Shown piece by piece: positions 52,277 to 64,000 of a stretch of DNA of 64,000 nt (the stretch's first letter is position 1; each line of letters opens with the position of its first letter). Location: the NCBI GenBank assembly GCA_030390025.1, contig CM059433.1, positions 15,936,001 to 16,000,000 on the forward strand, in the 5' to 3' direction. This stretch comes from Squalus acanthias. Taxonomy: Eukaryota. Below the pieces are notes generated by a model. The model did not search any database, had not been told where the DNA came from, and saw only the letters and a list, made by a program, of their open reading frames with translations. The position numbers and the translations under genes were made by a program.

Positions 52277-54031
52277 GGCCTGGATATTCCAGGGGGTCAG
52301 CGGGCGCGATCGGTGGTGGGTCGGGTGGGAAAATGGTTTATTTCCCAGCAGGTTGGGACCCCGTGGTGAATCCGCCGCCACATGACTTTCCCCGATGTCG
52401 GGTCTGTCAGCGCTGAGCAGACCCAACACGCAGCGGCGGGGGACCCAATTCAGGTTAATCTGACCTTGTTTAGAGATCATTAAGAATGCATTTGAGCTTA
52501 CCTTTTGATTTTACATTCTCGCCCACGGGGTCCTCACTGCTGGTGGATCACGTCTGTCAAGCTGAGGCAGGAGTTCAGTGGCCATGGAATCAGCTGGTGA
52601 GTTGACAGCTTAGAATGTAAAGTAAAAGCTCCCACCTTACAGAGATATCTTCCCTCAGCCACAAACTCTTCCTCACTGCATTTCCACAACAGATTCATCA
52701 TGCTGCAAGTCTTCACACAAGTCTCCATCCAATCTGACCTCATTACCTCCCTCACAATTGACAGATCACTTCTGTCATCTCTACTTCACCTGCCATCTAT
52801 TCTATCAGCATGGGTGCCCTTTATACTCTCTCACCTTGGCCCTCAGAATCCCACCACGATCAGCCTCAACGCCAGCAGCACCAGGCACACCAGCAGCACC
52901 AACAGCAACACCAACCTTTTCCGCAATCACCTGATGCTGCTCAGGACCCGAGCACATTGCTGCCTGGGAGGCCAGGAATGGTCTCACCATGGCCACATTT
53001 GCTTCACTTGACGCTGTACACCGTAGTTGTCACATGATGCACCAGGTTGGCACCACCCCACACCAACACCATAAAGCATCCTTACAATGACCAAGCCATT
53101 CCTTTCACACTCATCACCATTGCGGGGAGTACCGTTATGTTTCACCATTCACTGCAACTCACTAAGCCACTTCCAAAGGTGCACGTAAATCTGTCCAAGA
53201 ATGCAAAGTGTTGAAAATATAGGTTTCAATGTTTGACACCACATTAACAGAAACTTTACATGAACATTACATAAAACACCCAAGTTCCTACTCTTGTGTG
53301 TTGTTAGTTGGTATGATTGCATTAGGATGAGGGTGAGTATGAGGGGTGGCTAGTGCGATGAGGATGTGATAATATAATTGGAGAGGAATGGGTGGAGGTG
53401 CAAGGTAAGTTGGTGTGAGTAAGGATGTGCAGGAGTAGGGTAGGGAAGGCAGAGTGCTGGGGATATGATGAGAGGCACAGCAGGATGAGGTTGAGTATGG
53501 CTTTGTACTAACGTTTCCTGATCTACTGAGATCATTGAAATGTTTGCAGCACTGCACCCAGGTCTTCCTGACTACATCCTTGCTTGTGATCTCCTCTGCA
53601 ATGTGCAATCAGGCTGCGTTGATCTCCTGGGGAGGTCTCTTCTGCCCATGGAAGGGAAGAGGACCTCCCTGCGTGCTGTGACTCGCTCCATAAGCATATG
53701 GAGGGAGTCATAGGAGAGCCTGGGTGCAGCCGTGCACCTCTGTGCAGTGATTGTCAGTGTTTGCAGCACCTCAATGCTGTAGAACACTGACAGCACAAAT
53801 GTCAAAAGAAAGTTGGCCACGGTCCCTTTAAGGAAGCCAGCTGATGACGCTTCATCAAATGATGTCACCAGACCCGCTTCCTCTAATTGGCTGGGAAACT
53901 CGCTGGGCGGGCTTAACAAGCCCTATCAAGGGAAATTAATTTCAGAGGCCGGGATGGAGACAGCAGCGGGGTCAGGGCTCGCCACTGATGTCGCCCGCCA
54001 CCGACCCGGCGAGGTCAGCAAAATTGCGGCC
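52277..54031 (-). mobile_element. Harbinger-derived non-autonomous element with Myb/SANT remnant
   Basis: APRLSYDSLHMLMERVTARREVLFP; HIAEEITSKDVVRKTWVQCCKHFNDL; ggcc..att TIR-like ends. Confidence 0.78.
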
Positions 54032-54303
54032 ACAGTCATTGTTTTCTCTCTCACGCTTTTTTTTTAAACAAAATCACTCAATATGAATTTTCCTTTAAAA
54101 TCAATGGAATAAAAATCAGAAGAAATGTTAAATAGGCTGACGCTTCGCGATCACTCGTTTTACACTATCGCACAAAGTCAAAATTACCCCATTCTGTTTC
54201 CACCTCACTCAGTAAAAACAATCAAGCTGAGGATGTGAACAAATTCCAGAACCAGATGATATGTTTTGTAGCATTCTGGGATACTAGTGTTTTGTAGCAT
54301 CCT

Positions 54304-54757
54304 GTGTCAGTTGTGGCTCAGTTGGTAGCACACTCACCTCTTGAATCAGAAGGTTGTGGGTTCAATTCCCACTCCAGAGACTTGAGCACAAAAATCTAGG
54401 CTGACACTCCAGTGGAGTGCCGCACTGGCAGAGGTGCTGTTTTTCGGATAAGATGTTAAACTGAGGCCCCGTCCATTCTCTCAGGTGGATGTGACAGATC
54501 CCATGGCACTATTTTGAATGAAGAGCAGGTGTCCTGGCCAATATTTATCCCTAATTAACATCACTGAAACAGATTATCTGGTCATTATCATCACATTGCT
54601 GTTTGTGGGAGCTTGCTGTGTGCAAATTGGCTGCTGCATTTCCCACATTACAACAATGACTACACTCCAAAAGTACTTAATTGGCTGTAAAGCACTTTGA
54701 GATGTCCGGTGGTCATGAAAGGCGCTATATAAATGCAAGTCTTACTTTCTTTTCTTT
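54304..54757 (+). mobile_element. SacSINE1/DeuSINE-like SINE, full length
   Basis: A box tggctcagttgg, B box ggttcaattcc, body tgtgggagcttgctgtgtgcaaattggctgc, L2-like tail. Confidence 0.9.
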
Positions 54758-55008
54758 CACAGCAACCTCAAATAAATGGATTAAAGATCTTGAGATATTT
54801 ACTGTCAATCTTCCATTGGGAAGGAACAAAAAGGAGCTTTTCTTGTGGGAATGAGATATACTGGAAAGATCTGGTTGAACGAATTATACAGATTTGAGGG
54901 TAGTAAGGGGAGATTGTGATCTTAGCGTGGATGTGTCTTTAAACATAACTGCAATGGGGATTAAGACAGGATAATTTGGTGGATGAAAATTCTGTCCTGC
55001 AAGACTAT

Positions 55009-55885
55009 GGCCGGAATTTTGCCGGCGCTCACGAGGTGGGTTTGGAGGCGGGACATCTGGCAAAATTGCAAAGATTAACAGCGGGTCAGAAACCCGCTGT
55101 CAACCCGCCTCCAATCAATCTTCACAAGTGTCGGGTCCCCGATTTGCGCATGGACCCGACACCTAGCGGCGGGAAGAGGATTATAGCCACTTAACTGCTT
55201 GTTAACAGGTTGTTAACAGGCAGTTAACAGGCTTTTTCCAATTTTGACACTTCTACTATGGACATCTCAACGTCTGGACACCACGCCAGGTAAGTGTGGC
55301 GTATTGTGAGTCTGCTGTAATGTTTATGCATTGATGACAGCTGCAGAAGTGGTGTGAAGGATCCAATGGTGCACTGGTGAGTTTCAGAGATAAGAAAATG
55401 TTGGGAAATTCCTTTTTAATGCATTTAGACTTTTATGTAGGTAACAAGTTTTGAATTGGCTGTCTAGTGCCACCTCATTGGGAGAACCCCTCTCACCAGT
55501 GACAGATCGCTTCTGTAACCTCACCTGCAGCTGCCATCTGTTCTAGCCTAAGGATGGAGTCACTGGTGAGCCTGGGTCCAAGGGCTCACCTTTGTACAGT
55601 GATTGTCAGTGTTTGCAGCACCTCAATGCTGTCAAACACTGAGAAATTAGCTGTCAAAAAAAAATGTGCGTGGCCCCTTTAAGAAAACCGGTAGATGACG
55701 CATCATCAAATGATGTCATCTGACACCGGCTTCCTCCTAATTGGCCGGCAAGCCCACAGGGTGGGCTTAACAAGGCCAATTGACACAAAGACACGTCTGT
55801 GGGCCGGATGCAGTTGGGGGCGGGACTGAAACCCGGAAGCCACCTGACCCGCTCCCAAGCCGCATCGATCGATAAAATCGCAGCC
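55009..55885. mobile_element. Harbinger-type MITE related to 52277-54031
   Basis: ggccggaatttt / aaaatcgcagcc ends; 55597-55780 matches 53745-53925. Confidence 0.75.
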
Positions 55886-56361
55886 ATTGTTTTTCTCATC
55901 ATGGAACGTATAATAGAATTTGCATAACCCTGCTTTTTTCACTTCTACTACCTTAATGCTGCATCCTTGCTAACTTGTCTTTGCATCAGTACAGTGATTT
56001 TTGCCGAAACGTTTAACAACTATGATTTTTCCTTCATGTTCATCTATGACCTCTGCTGCGGTTTCACAATAATATTCATGCCTTGCCTTTGTGCTCCTCT
56101 TTAAGTCATGCAACCTCTTGAAGACCTCCAGCCGTGTCCTCTTGTAGTGAAATATACTCTGCTTAAATTTCTTTATACCAGACATTACCAACACCTACAG
56201 AGACTGCTGAGCAAATTTGCATTTTCCTCAATTATCACGAGGCCATTTCCTTCCAAAATCATGCATCCCATAGCTAGATTAGCAAACTTTTATTACTGGT
56301 TAGGTGCTTTATTATGTATTTATTATCTATTTCTTATGTTCTTATACGCATTTTTAAACTA

Positions 56362-56502
56362 CAGGGGAGTCAAGGGTTATGGGGAACAGGCAAAAAAGTG
56401 GAGTTGAGGCCAAGATCAGATCAGCCATAATCTTATTGAATGGCGGAGTAGGCTCGAGGGGCCGAAGGACCTACACCTGCTCCTATTTCTTATGCTCTTA
56501 TG
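56362..56502 (+). mobile_element. CR1 3' tail
   Basis: caagggttatgggga..tggagttgag..attgaatggcggag..ctcctatttcttatg. Confidence 0.8.
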
Positions 56503-56802
56503 TATTAACTGTTTGAAAGGATTGTAGGGTCATTATTGTGGGCATGTCATGTTTAGCTGCTGGATTTCATTACTGCTAGGGAAATTGCTGCTCAAAGTAA
56601 GCACATTTCCAATCAATGTGTTCTCAGAATATGGTTAGTGGGTTGTAAATTACAATCAAAAACAGGCATACTTGCCATTTCTCATTCAAAGAGAAACATC
56701 TAGCTCCATGATTGAGAGATCCGATAAAGATTGCAACCTTACTGGTACTTGTCTTTGGGTTTTGAAGTTTATCCATAGTGTCAAGATACACAAGTAAGAT
56801 TG

Positions 56803-58502
56803 TGTAAGGGTTTCTGAACCTGTGAGATTCGTGTGGCTCTGTGCAGCCTGGATGCTAGTGCGAGTTTAGGCCTTGTTGCCTGTTCTGGTCTCCAGCCAGT
56901 CTGGGAGCACTAGACACCTGTGAGTGGTTCGACCCACTCGCCCTTACGGTTCTGACACTGGACTTAGATGCGAGAGCAGTAATGGAGAGAAAACTCAGGT
57001 AGACCCGGTTGAATGGTACAAAATGGAAAATCTTTATAGCATATTATTCAAGATTACGAAATACATGTCATAAGCACAGATTAATGACAGTACAATCTTA
57101 CACGCAGTTATGTAACTAATTTCAGGGAAACGAGGAACGAACGACACATCGTAAATGGGGGCACACATTACAATTATCCTTAAAACTTAAACCCTCCCCT
57201 ATCAATACCTGCTCTAAACTAGACTTGTAGGATCGAGACTCATGCTCACCACTCGTGATAACTCGGAGAATTCCGAAAACTCTGATCGGATGTTTTTCAC
57301 CGCAGCACCTGATCACCCACGTGTTGATCAGGGGTCTCTGTACCCCACTTGTTTACTCGTTTCTGCTCCGGCTAGCAGGCTGGACCGTCTGCTGTCATGA
57401 AGATCTGTGTTGTCCTCGGAGTTCCGACTCTACTCAAAAAAGAGTCTTCCTGTGCCCTCGCACTGATGCGATAAAATTCGAAGAATAGTCTTCCTGCCAG
57501 TTCTGTAAAATTCAAAGATGGTCTTCCTGGGCAAGGAAAGTGTCTATTCGACCTACAGGCGCGGTCGGAGCTTACTGACCGTGGCGATACGTATGGTCTT
57601 CTTCTCTTCTCATCTCATCTCATCTCATCTCATCTCGGGCCTTCGGTTCCAACACCGTTTACCGACTTCTCGGGATGGTGCGCCCGTTTCAAGGCTTCAC
57701 AGCTCAGTTCCACACAGATCTTCGCGGCAAGCCACGAGGCAGATCCTGGCGGATCGTAAAGTTCAACAGTCTTTAAAGCTGCAAGAGGCAGAGACACGAG
57801 GCAAGCGGCAAGAGGCAGGAGAATAAGAGCACAAGAGCAGCCACGAGGATAAGAGCCAGCAGGATAAGAGAAAGATGGACGGTTGGAGCTTGCAGTTATA
57901 GTGCAAAACTCTTCCTTTTCCCGCCCAACCTTAATGTCTTTTCTTTTGTTAGGGTTTTGGCGCTCAAATTTCTTGTATAGGGTGATCTCCATTTTAATGG
58001 GTTTCGGGGATACTCGTAACTGTCTGAGTACCTGTTAATACTTTTCCCAATGTGTAACCGGTCGGTATCCTCCCTGGAGGGGTTTTGGGGCTTCCAAATG
58101 TTCTCCGTAACTACCCGCTAACGGCTCTCTCATCGTAGAGTCGTGGGGATTTTGCATATTAATGTCTTTGGATGGGTTCTTGATCACTTGGTACAATAGC
58201 CCTTATTTGCACCTGGGAGACCGATTTCAGTATTTATGTGTATACTGCAAACCCATGATGTCTTGTGTATTATCTCAAATGTGCTTAGTCTTGATCGATC
58301 TTGCACAAATGTTTATTGGAACGCCATCTTGTCTGCTTATCGAAAGGTCTAGAATGTTCTGCCACGAGGCGTGGCGGCCATTTTACAGGCTGCTTGTGTC
58401 CACTTTGAAAACCTGACAGCATTCTGCTGAAATAAAGCTGTTTGAACGAAACTATGTGTTTTCTCCTTATTTATAAAATCGCGATATATTGCGAATTCTA
58501 CA
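56803..58502 (-). mobile_element. Solo LTR, 1700 bp, 4-bp TSD ATTG
   Basis: tgtaaggg...attctaca termini; ATTG at 56799-56802 and 58503-58506; strand tentative. Confidence 0.85.
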
Positions 58503-59904
58503 ATTGTGCCACTATTTTGGAACAATGGTGCACTCCTAGTAGATGTGAATAATATTTACAGTGTTACTATTGTATAACCGACAGTTCAAACTTGTCCTGA
58601 ACAGAATTTTAACATATTTGGTTAGGTACAATTTTTTAGGTTGAAATTGCACTGTGTGATATTAGTAACAATTATGTTTCTATGAAATTCATCTGACTGC
58701 TATTTTAATAAATGCACAAACTTGTTTAATAAATAGATTAATGCCTTTGTTAATATAGCGGGCGAAGGAGGTTTATACAAATGCATTCATTACTAATACC
58801 GCACATTGCAATTTTTACCTGTTTATCACTTCAAATGTGTTAAACCCATTTGTATCTTGATAACTACAAATTACATATCATTCCTCGTAAACAGTGAATG
58901 GCATTATCATGATGTAGAATGGGAAATTGCAAATCAAGAAAATTGTAGAAGAAAATTTCTGTTTCAGTGCTCCCAGCACATAACAGAACCTCATATCAGG
59001 AATTACCGATCCCCCCAGCCCATGACTTTCCCTCCATTAAAATTTAAGAGCATATAATATGAATCAATCCATTGTGTATTTTTACTAAGAACATTTGGTC
59101 ACAACAATCTTATATATTTTGCAAGTTGTTGGGAAGCAACTGGCTTAAAGTTCAGAAGAGCATCAAATCAAAACCTCTGCATTTTAAGTGATGCTTGAAA
59201 GGAATATTCACTAAGTTGTTGTTGCCTGTATATCTAGTCCGCATTGCATAACTGACAGACACTGAACAGAGAACATTTCTTAGATATAACCTTTCCTAAG
59301 ACTACTCAAGAACTGAGATGCATCTCAAGGTAATGATCCAAAGTTGAAAGGAGTTATTTTATTCTTGTTTAGATCAACGGTGAGGCTAGAATTGGAATAT
59401 TTTAGGAACTTTAGGCATCCTACTGTCTATATTTGGAATATTTGTAGATGTTCAAGCATTCTACTTTCATGTATTGGAGTGGGGTCAGGATGTTTCACTG
59501 ACTTCGGGCTCCTAGTTATTAAGAGAGATTTACAGAACCAAACTTGAGAGTGGGCATGATTCAGGTCTGCTGACTGCAGAGCTAATGTCGTTATAAATAG
59601 ATTATTAAAATTGGAATGGGTGGTGAAAATTTAGGATAGAATGACAAAATGAACAAGCCTTAGTTTTTCCCTCACAAAGAAATAGCTAGGTCCCCAGCAA
59701 AAAATGTTAAAAGGTTTGAAGGACTTATATGTTTTTCCTGTTCCATACAATTTTATGCTTTTAACACTGACTGAATGAAAAGCAAAATGTGCAAGGCCCA
59801 ATGATGTGCTTACAGTAGTCTCTGTGTGGTAAATGTCTTCAAAAAGATCATCAATATAGCCTGCCCATTACATGTAGTTTTTATATGAATTAGCGTCATA
59901 ATGT

Positions 59905-60459
59905 TGTTGGTGAAAAATTAATTCACTCGAGTCAGTTTCAAAGCAAAAGATCACAGTTTATTATTCAAAGTGCTCTGGGAGAAGGGTCATAGCCTGCGGT
60001 CTAATGACCAGCTTCTCAATTTAATAGTGGCAGCCACGCTTCTTTATACACTTCCAGAAAATACAAACATCAGCACAGTTATTACATCATGAGCGACCCT
60101 TATGATCTCTAAAAACAACTTGATTAGAATCTTACACTGTTAGCGAAACTCATCCTTTACTTTTGCTTTTGTCTAATAGTGGTCAGCCATCTGCACTGCA
60201 AGGTTTCATTCTTATGCCTTTTCGAGGCTAGTTTATTATAAAAAGCAATGATTCACATTTTTGTTCTGCAGCGTCTGCATTGTCTATACTGCAGACTAAG
60301 CAAGCTGGTCTTTATCTAATTATACCCCTGTTTCCATCGGCTTGTAGCCTTCGGGAGATACTTTGACCTTTACTATAGTCCTTTAAGCAGTTCAACTAAT
60401 CTTAAACATTACAACTGATTTGCCCTTACATTATTACAATTAATTTTTTTACTCTTACA
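59905..60459 (-). mobile_element. Solo LTR, 555 bp, 4-bp TSD ATGT
   Basis: tgttgg...cttaca termini; ATGT at 59901-59904 and 60460-60463; minus-strand TATAAA (~60045) then AATAAA (~59960). Confidence 0.82.
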
Positions 60460-60477
60460 ATGTCACTAAAGACGAAT

Positions 60478-61563
60478 GTCACTAAAGAATCAGGGGGGAA
60501 AACTCTCCACTGACTGGAATCATACCTAGCACAAAGGAAGATGGTTGTGTTTGTTGGAAGCCAATCATCTCAGCCCCAGGACATTGCTGCAGGAGTTCCT
60601 CAGGGCAGTGTCCTAGGCCCAAACACCTTCAGCTGCTTCATCAATGACCTTCCCTCCATCATAAGGTCACAAGTGGGGATGTTCGCTGATGATTGCACAG
60701 TGTTCAGTTCCATTCACAACTCCTCAGATAATGAAGTTGTCTGTGCCTGCATGTAACAAGACCTGGACAACATTCAGGCTTGGGCTGATAAGTGGCAAAT
60801 AACATTTGCGTCGCACAAGTGCTAGGCAATGACTAACTCCAACAAGAGAGACCCTAACCACCTCCCCTTGACATTCAATGGCATTTCCATCACCGAATCC
60901 CCCACTATCAACATCCTAGGGGTCACCATTGATCAGAAACTGAACTGGACCAGCCACATAAATACAGTGGCAACAAGAGCAGGTCAGAGGCTAGGTATTC
61001 TGTAGCGAGTAACTCACCTCCTGACTCCCCAAAGCCATTCCGCCATCTACAAGGCACAAGACAGGAGAGTGATGGAATACTCTCCACTTGCTTGGATGAG
61101 TGCAGCTCCAACAACACTCAAGAAGCTCGACACCATCCAGGACAATGCAGCCTGCTTGATTGGCACTCCATCCTCGACCACCTTAAGCATTCACTTCCTC
61201 CACCACTGGTGCACCGTGGCTGCAATCTACATGATGCACTACTTGCCAAGCCTTCTTTGACAGCACCTCCCAAACCTGTGACCGCTACCACCTAGGACAA
61301 GGGCAGCAGGCACATGGGAACACCACCACCTCCAAGTTCCCCATCTAAGTCACACACCATCCTGACTTGGAAATATATCACCGTTCCTTCATTGTCGCCG
61401 GGTTCAAAATCCTGGAACTTCCTCCGAAAAAGAGTACCTTCACTACAGGGACTGCAGCGGCTCAAGAAGGTGGCTCACCACCACCTTCTCAAGGGCAACT
61501 AGGGATAGGCAATAAATGCTGGCTTTGCCAGCAATGCCCACATCCCATGAATAAATTAAAAAA
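60478..61563 (+). mobile_element. CR1-group LINE 3' fragment
   Basis: GVPQGSVLGP, MFADDCT; same family as 43294-45110. Confidence 0.92.
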
Positions 61564-61944
61564 TTGAACTATATCTAGGAAGAACTAGCTGCATTCAGGA
61601 GGAAATAAAAGAAGCAAGAATAGGCTCCTAGGAAATGTGAGTGATAGCAGTCATAACTAATCACTGCTACACAAAGCAGATGTCACCAATATAGGAGATT
61701 GTCCATCAATTAGAGAGACAAGGAAAATGAAACAGCTGACTTTTCAGGCAATGGATTAATGGGAGCAAAACCTTTGTCCCCACCCCCCCACTGAATGGGA
61801 ATAATCCCATTAACAAAACTAAGAGGAGTTTATATCACAATATATATCTCAGGAATCTCCATTCATTGTCATGCTGGCCGCTACACTGTTAGCTTCAGTG
61901 TGTACAACAGAATCAACTGGTCCAGAGCTTTCACGGTTAACAAT

Positions 61945-62810
61945 GGTGAAGCAAAGGGAGTGGGGAATGTGCAAGAGGCTAGAGTTGGAGGCATGCCGAG
62001 TTCTCTTGGAGAGTTATAGGGCTCGAGGAGGTTACAGAGATAGGGAGGGGTGGGGCCATGGAGGAGTTTGAACACAAGGATGAGAATTTTACATTTCAGA
62101 CGTTGTGGGCCCAGGAGCCAATGTAGCTTAGCGAGCACATGGGTGATGGGTGAGTGGGACTTGGTACAGGTTAGGATGTGGGCAGCAGAAGTTGGATAAG
62201 GCAAAGTTTATGGAGGGTGGAAGATCAGAGAGTCGAGAAAGCTGGTGGAGAGGTAGGGCTGGGTGTCAGCATCTTACATGTCAAATCTGACGCCATGTCG
62301 TTGAATTACGTCACCGAGGGACAGTGTGTAGACAAGGAAGAGGAGGGGGCGACGGATACATCTTTGGGGGTAATGGTGCTGGGGCCAGAAGAGAATTTTT
62401 TGCTGTAGATGCACTGGTTATGATTGGATAGTTATGGGCAGTCCCACCCAGCTGGACAGCGGCGGAGAGGCTTTGGAGGAGAATGGATTGGTCGACCATG
62501 TCAAAGGCTGCAGAGAGGTTGAGAAAAACGAGGCGGGATAGTGCACCACAATCACAGTCACAGAAAATATAATTTGTGATTTTGATTACGGACGGTTAAG
62601 TGCTGTGGCAGGGGCGGAAACCTAATTGGCGGGGTTCAAACATGCGGGAAAGATGGGCACAGATTTGGGAGGCGACATGTTCAAGGACTTTGGAGAGGAA
62701 AGGGAATTTGGAGATGGAGCAATAGCTTGCAAGGATGGAGTGGTGGGTTTCTTGATGAAGGGGGTGATGATAATGGTCTTGAAAGCAAGGGGGGCAGTAC
62801 GTGAAACATT
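61945..62810 (-). mobile_element. Degenerate L2 LINE fragment
   Basis: PITHVLAKLHWL..KILILVFKLLHG..PPYL; ISKFPFLSKVLEHVA..GFRPCHST. Confidence 0.8.
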
Positions 62811-63553
62811 GGCCCAGAAATTGATCTCGCTCTGTTCCCGCGGGGGTAAGGAGCAGGCGCGATCTCTCACACCGCGTTGGCTTTTTCAGATCCAGCTCGC
62901 ACGAACTTGATGTTCCAGACATCAGCTGGGCAGTGCTTGCGTATCCCACCGGCGTAGTGAATTCGTGCGAGCTGTGGGATCACGTGACTCAGTTAGAGCC
63001 AATGGCAGCACACCATCTTCCATTCATAAGTTTCACATACGTGCTGTGAAAGCTATGAATCTTACACCCCCCCAAAATAACAGCTAAACCTCAATTAAAT
63101 TTTAAAAAAAACCATCACATTAATAAAATAAGTATAGTTAAATAAATTAACCATTTTAAATAAAAAATTAAATTTTTGAAAAAATTTAAAATCTTTTAAA
63201 AAGTTATAAAAATAAACTTACCTGTCTTTAAAGTCTCTAAAAAAGATATACCTGTTAAAAAAAAATCAAAAAAATACTTAATTCACTACTTACCTTGTTA
63301 AAAGTGGGTCTTACTCCTCCTTTTTCCATTTCTAAAATCTTCCGTCCTTACCTGCGCGTCCAAAGCACTAAGTGCACAGCGTGCGCGCAGCCTGTAGCGC
63401 GCACGCGATGCACCGAGGAACCGCCCCCTTTTCCAAAGACCAAGTGCCGGTTTTCAGCGCATGCGCAGGGCATGCAGAAAACCGGCAATTGGAGAGAGAA
63501 TACGCGAGAGTACGCAGTGCGTACTCTCGCGCAGCGGGATCAATTTTTGGCCC
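62811..63553. mobile_element. Harbinger-type MITE with AT-rich core
   Basis: 20-bp TIR ggcccagaaattgatctcgc / gcgggatcaatttttggccc; TSD ATT. Confidence 0.85.
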
Positions 63554-63819
63554 ATTATGTAGCATATTTGCCACCTTAACCCTCAGTGGCATTTCTCTGA
63601 AAGCCATTTTATGGATGAAAATGTTAAAACATCATATGAACACTGATGCAATAATAGAGGGCGGGGGGGGGGGGGAGGCGTTTGGGAAGGGGATGGGGTG
63701 GGACAGAGATAAATGCTTATGAGAGAGAAGATCTTTCGGTGGGTGTCATCCATTACAAGAATGATAGCCGAACATGATGTTATGTTGATAGAAGAGAAAT
63801 GAACATGGTCAAAATTACA

Positions 63820-63976
63820 CCGAGTTACATCGAGTCCACAGCACAGAAACAGACCACTCAGCCCAACTGGTCTATGCCGGTGCTTATGCTCTACACGAGC
63901 CTCCTCCAACCCAGCTTCATCTAACCTTATCAGCATATCCTTCTATTCCTTTCTCCCTCATGTGCTTATCTAACTT
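63820..63976 (-). mobile_element. CR1 3' tail
   Basis: Reverse complement matches 36285-36425. Confidence 0.8.
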
Positions 63977-64000
63977 GATAGAAGTGAATGGCTTCTAACA

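Noticed and set aside
54304..54380. tRNA gene
   Set aside because: tRNA-like head continues into a SINE body found four times in the window.
55970..56194. 74-aa minus-strand ORF behind a ctctgtag acceptor-like site
   Set aside because: No recognisable domain; stops flank the frame.

Overview
Vertebrate non-coding DNA, most likely from a cartilaginous fish (inferred from LF-SINE and SacSINE1/DeuSINE-like SINEs, a CR1 with zinc-finger/esterase ORF1, and Harbinger elements). The window is dominated by transposable elements and no host protein-coding exon could be supported. It contains a near full-length CR1 LINE, two two-gene Harbinger transposons plus several Harbinger-type MITEs, and two Gypsy (K02A2.6-like) elements, one internally deleted with intact LTRs, PBS, PPT and TSD. 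It also holds four solo LTRs with exact 4-bp TSDs (0.55-1.7 kb) plus a partial fifth, Penelope-like remnants carrying minimal hammerhead ribozymes, RTE/L2/CR1 fragments, SINEs, a C-rich minisatellite and a 5.3-kb CT/CA satellite with higher-order structure. The most notable items are a 213-bp TSD-flanked palindromic hammerhead element, the long solo LTRs of unassigned origin and a base-resolved nested insertion stack. No clearly new biological system could be demonstrated. Family names come from motif recognition, not database searches, and boundaries without TSD support are approximate.
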